Shown: one piece after another, positions 63,901 to 64,000 of the stretch | Layout of the letters: each line of letters opens with the position of its first letter | Position numbering within the stretch: position 1 is the first letter of the stretch | NCBI GenBank assembly: GCA_025603075.1 | Contig: MU626321.1 | Coordinates: 44,990 to 108,989, forward strand | From: Neoconidiobolus thromboides FSU 785 | Lineage: Eukaryota; Fungi; Entomophthoromycota | Length of the DNA: 64,000 bases | Direction: 5' to 3' | The notes under the pieces: generated by a model | Databases searched by the model: none | Told to the model about the DNA's origin: nothing | The model's input: the letters and a program-made list of their open reading frames with translations, nothing else | Translations under genes and position numbers: made by a program

Positions 63901-64000
63901 TTTGAAGTATCGCTTTGTCAGTCCCATGGTTAATTATAGAATAACAATCGCCTAAGCTGTTGTGTTCTTGAGTTCAGAGAAAATCAATCCCATGTTCTTA
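63901..64000 (+). mobile_element. LTR-like element copy 3, truncated by the window edge
   Basis: Matches the first 100 bp of copy 2 (ATCGCTTTGTCAGTCCCATGGTTAATTATA...); terminus eroded to TTTGAAGTAT. Confidence 0.85.

Overview
Very AT-rich eukaryotic DNA with short GT-AG introns (mostly ~45-60 nt). Gene content and structure point to an early-diverging fungus, possibly Conidiobolus/Neoconidiobolus-like (inference only). I can support about 19 intact protein genes: an SR protein, three 2H phosphoesterase-fold genes, a Yta7/ATAD2-like AAA ATPase, two bacterial-looking MFS paralogs, a class A GPCR-like 7TM, mito uL3, GPR89, RPB7, a DUF4436-like membrane protein, HRD1, DHX35, an S9 acylpeptide hydrolase, three small secreted proteins and one orphan. 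There are also two identical tRNA-Lys(UUU) genes, five decayed F-box/LRR paralogs, 27 copies of a ~95-bp GGGG...CCCC MITE with 4-bp target-site duplications, and three copies of a 464-bp solo-LTR-like element, one nested inside a MITE. No rRNA or CRISPR array is visible. The most notable items are the MITE family and its inverted pairs, a KH plus likely catalytically dead 2H paralog beside an intact KH-less paralog, a Pro-loop channel-like DUF4436 gene, and the F-box graveyard whose copies are all broken in their first ~15 codons. All homology calls come from motif recognition by eye, with no database search. Exon boundaries were placed manually.
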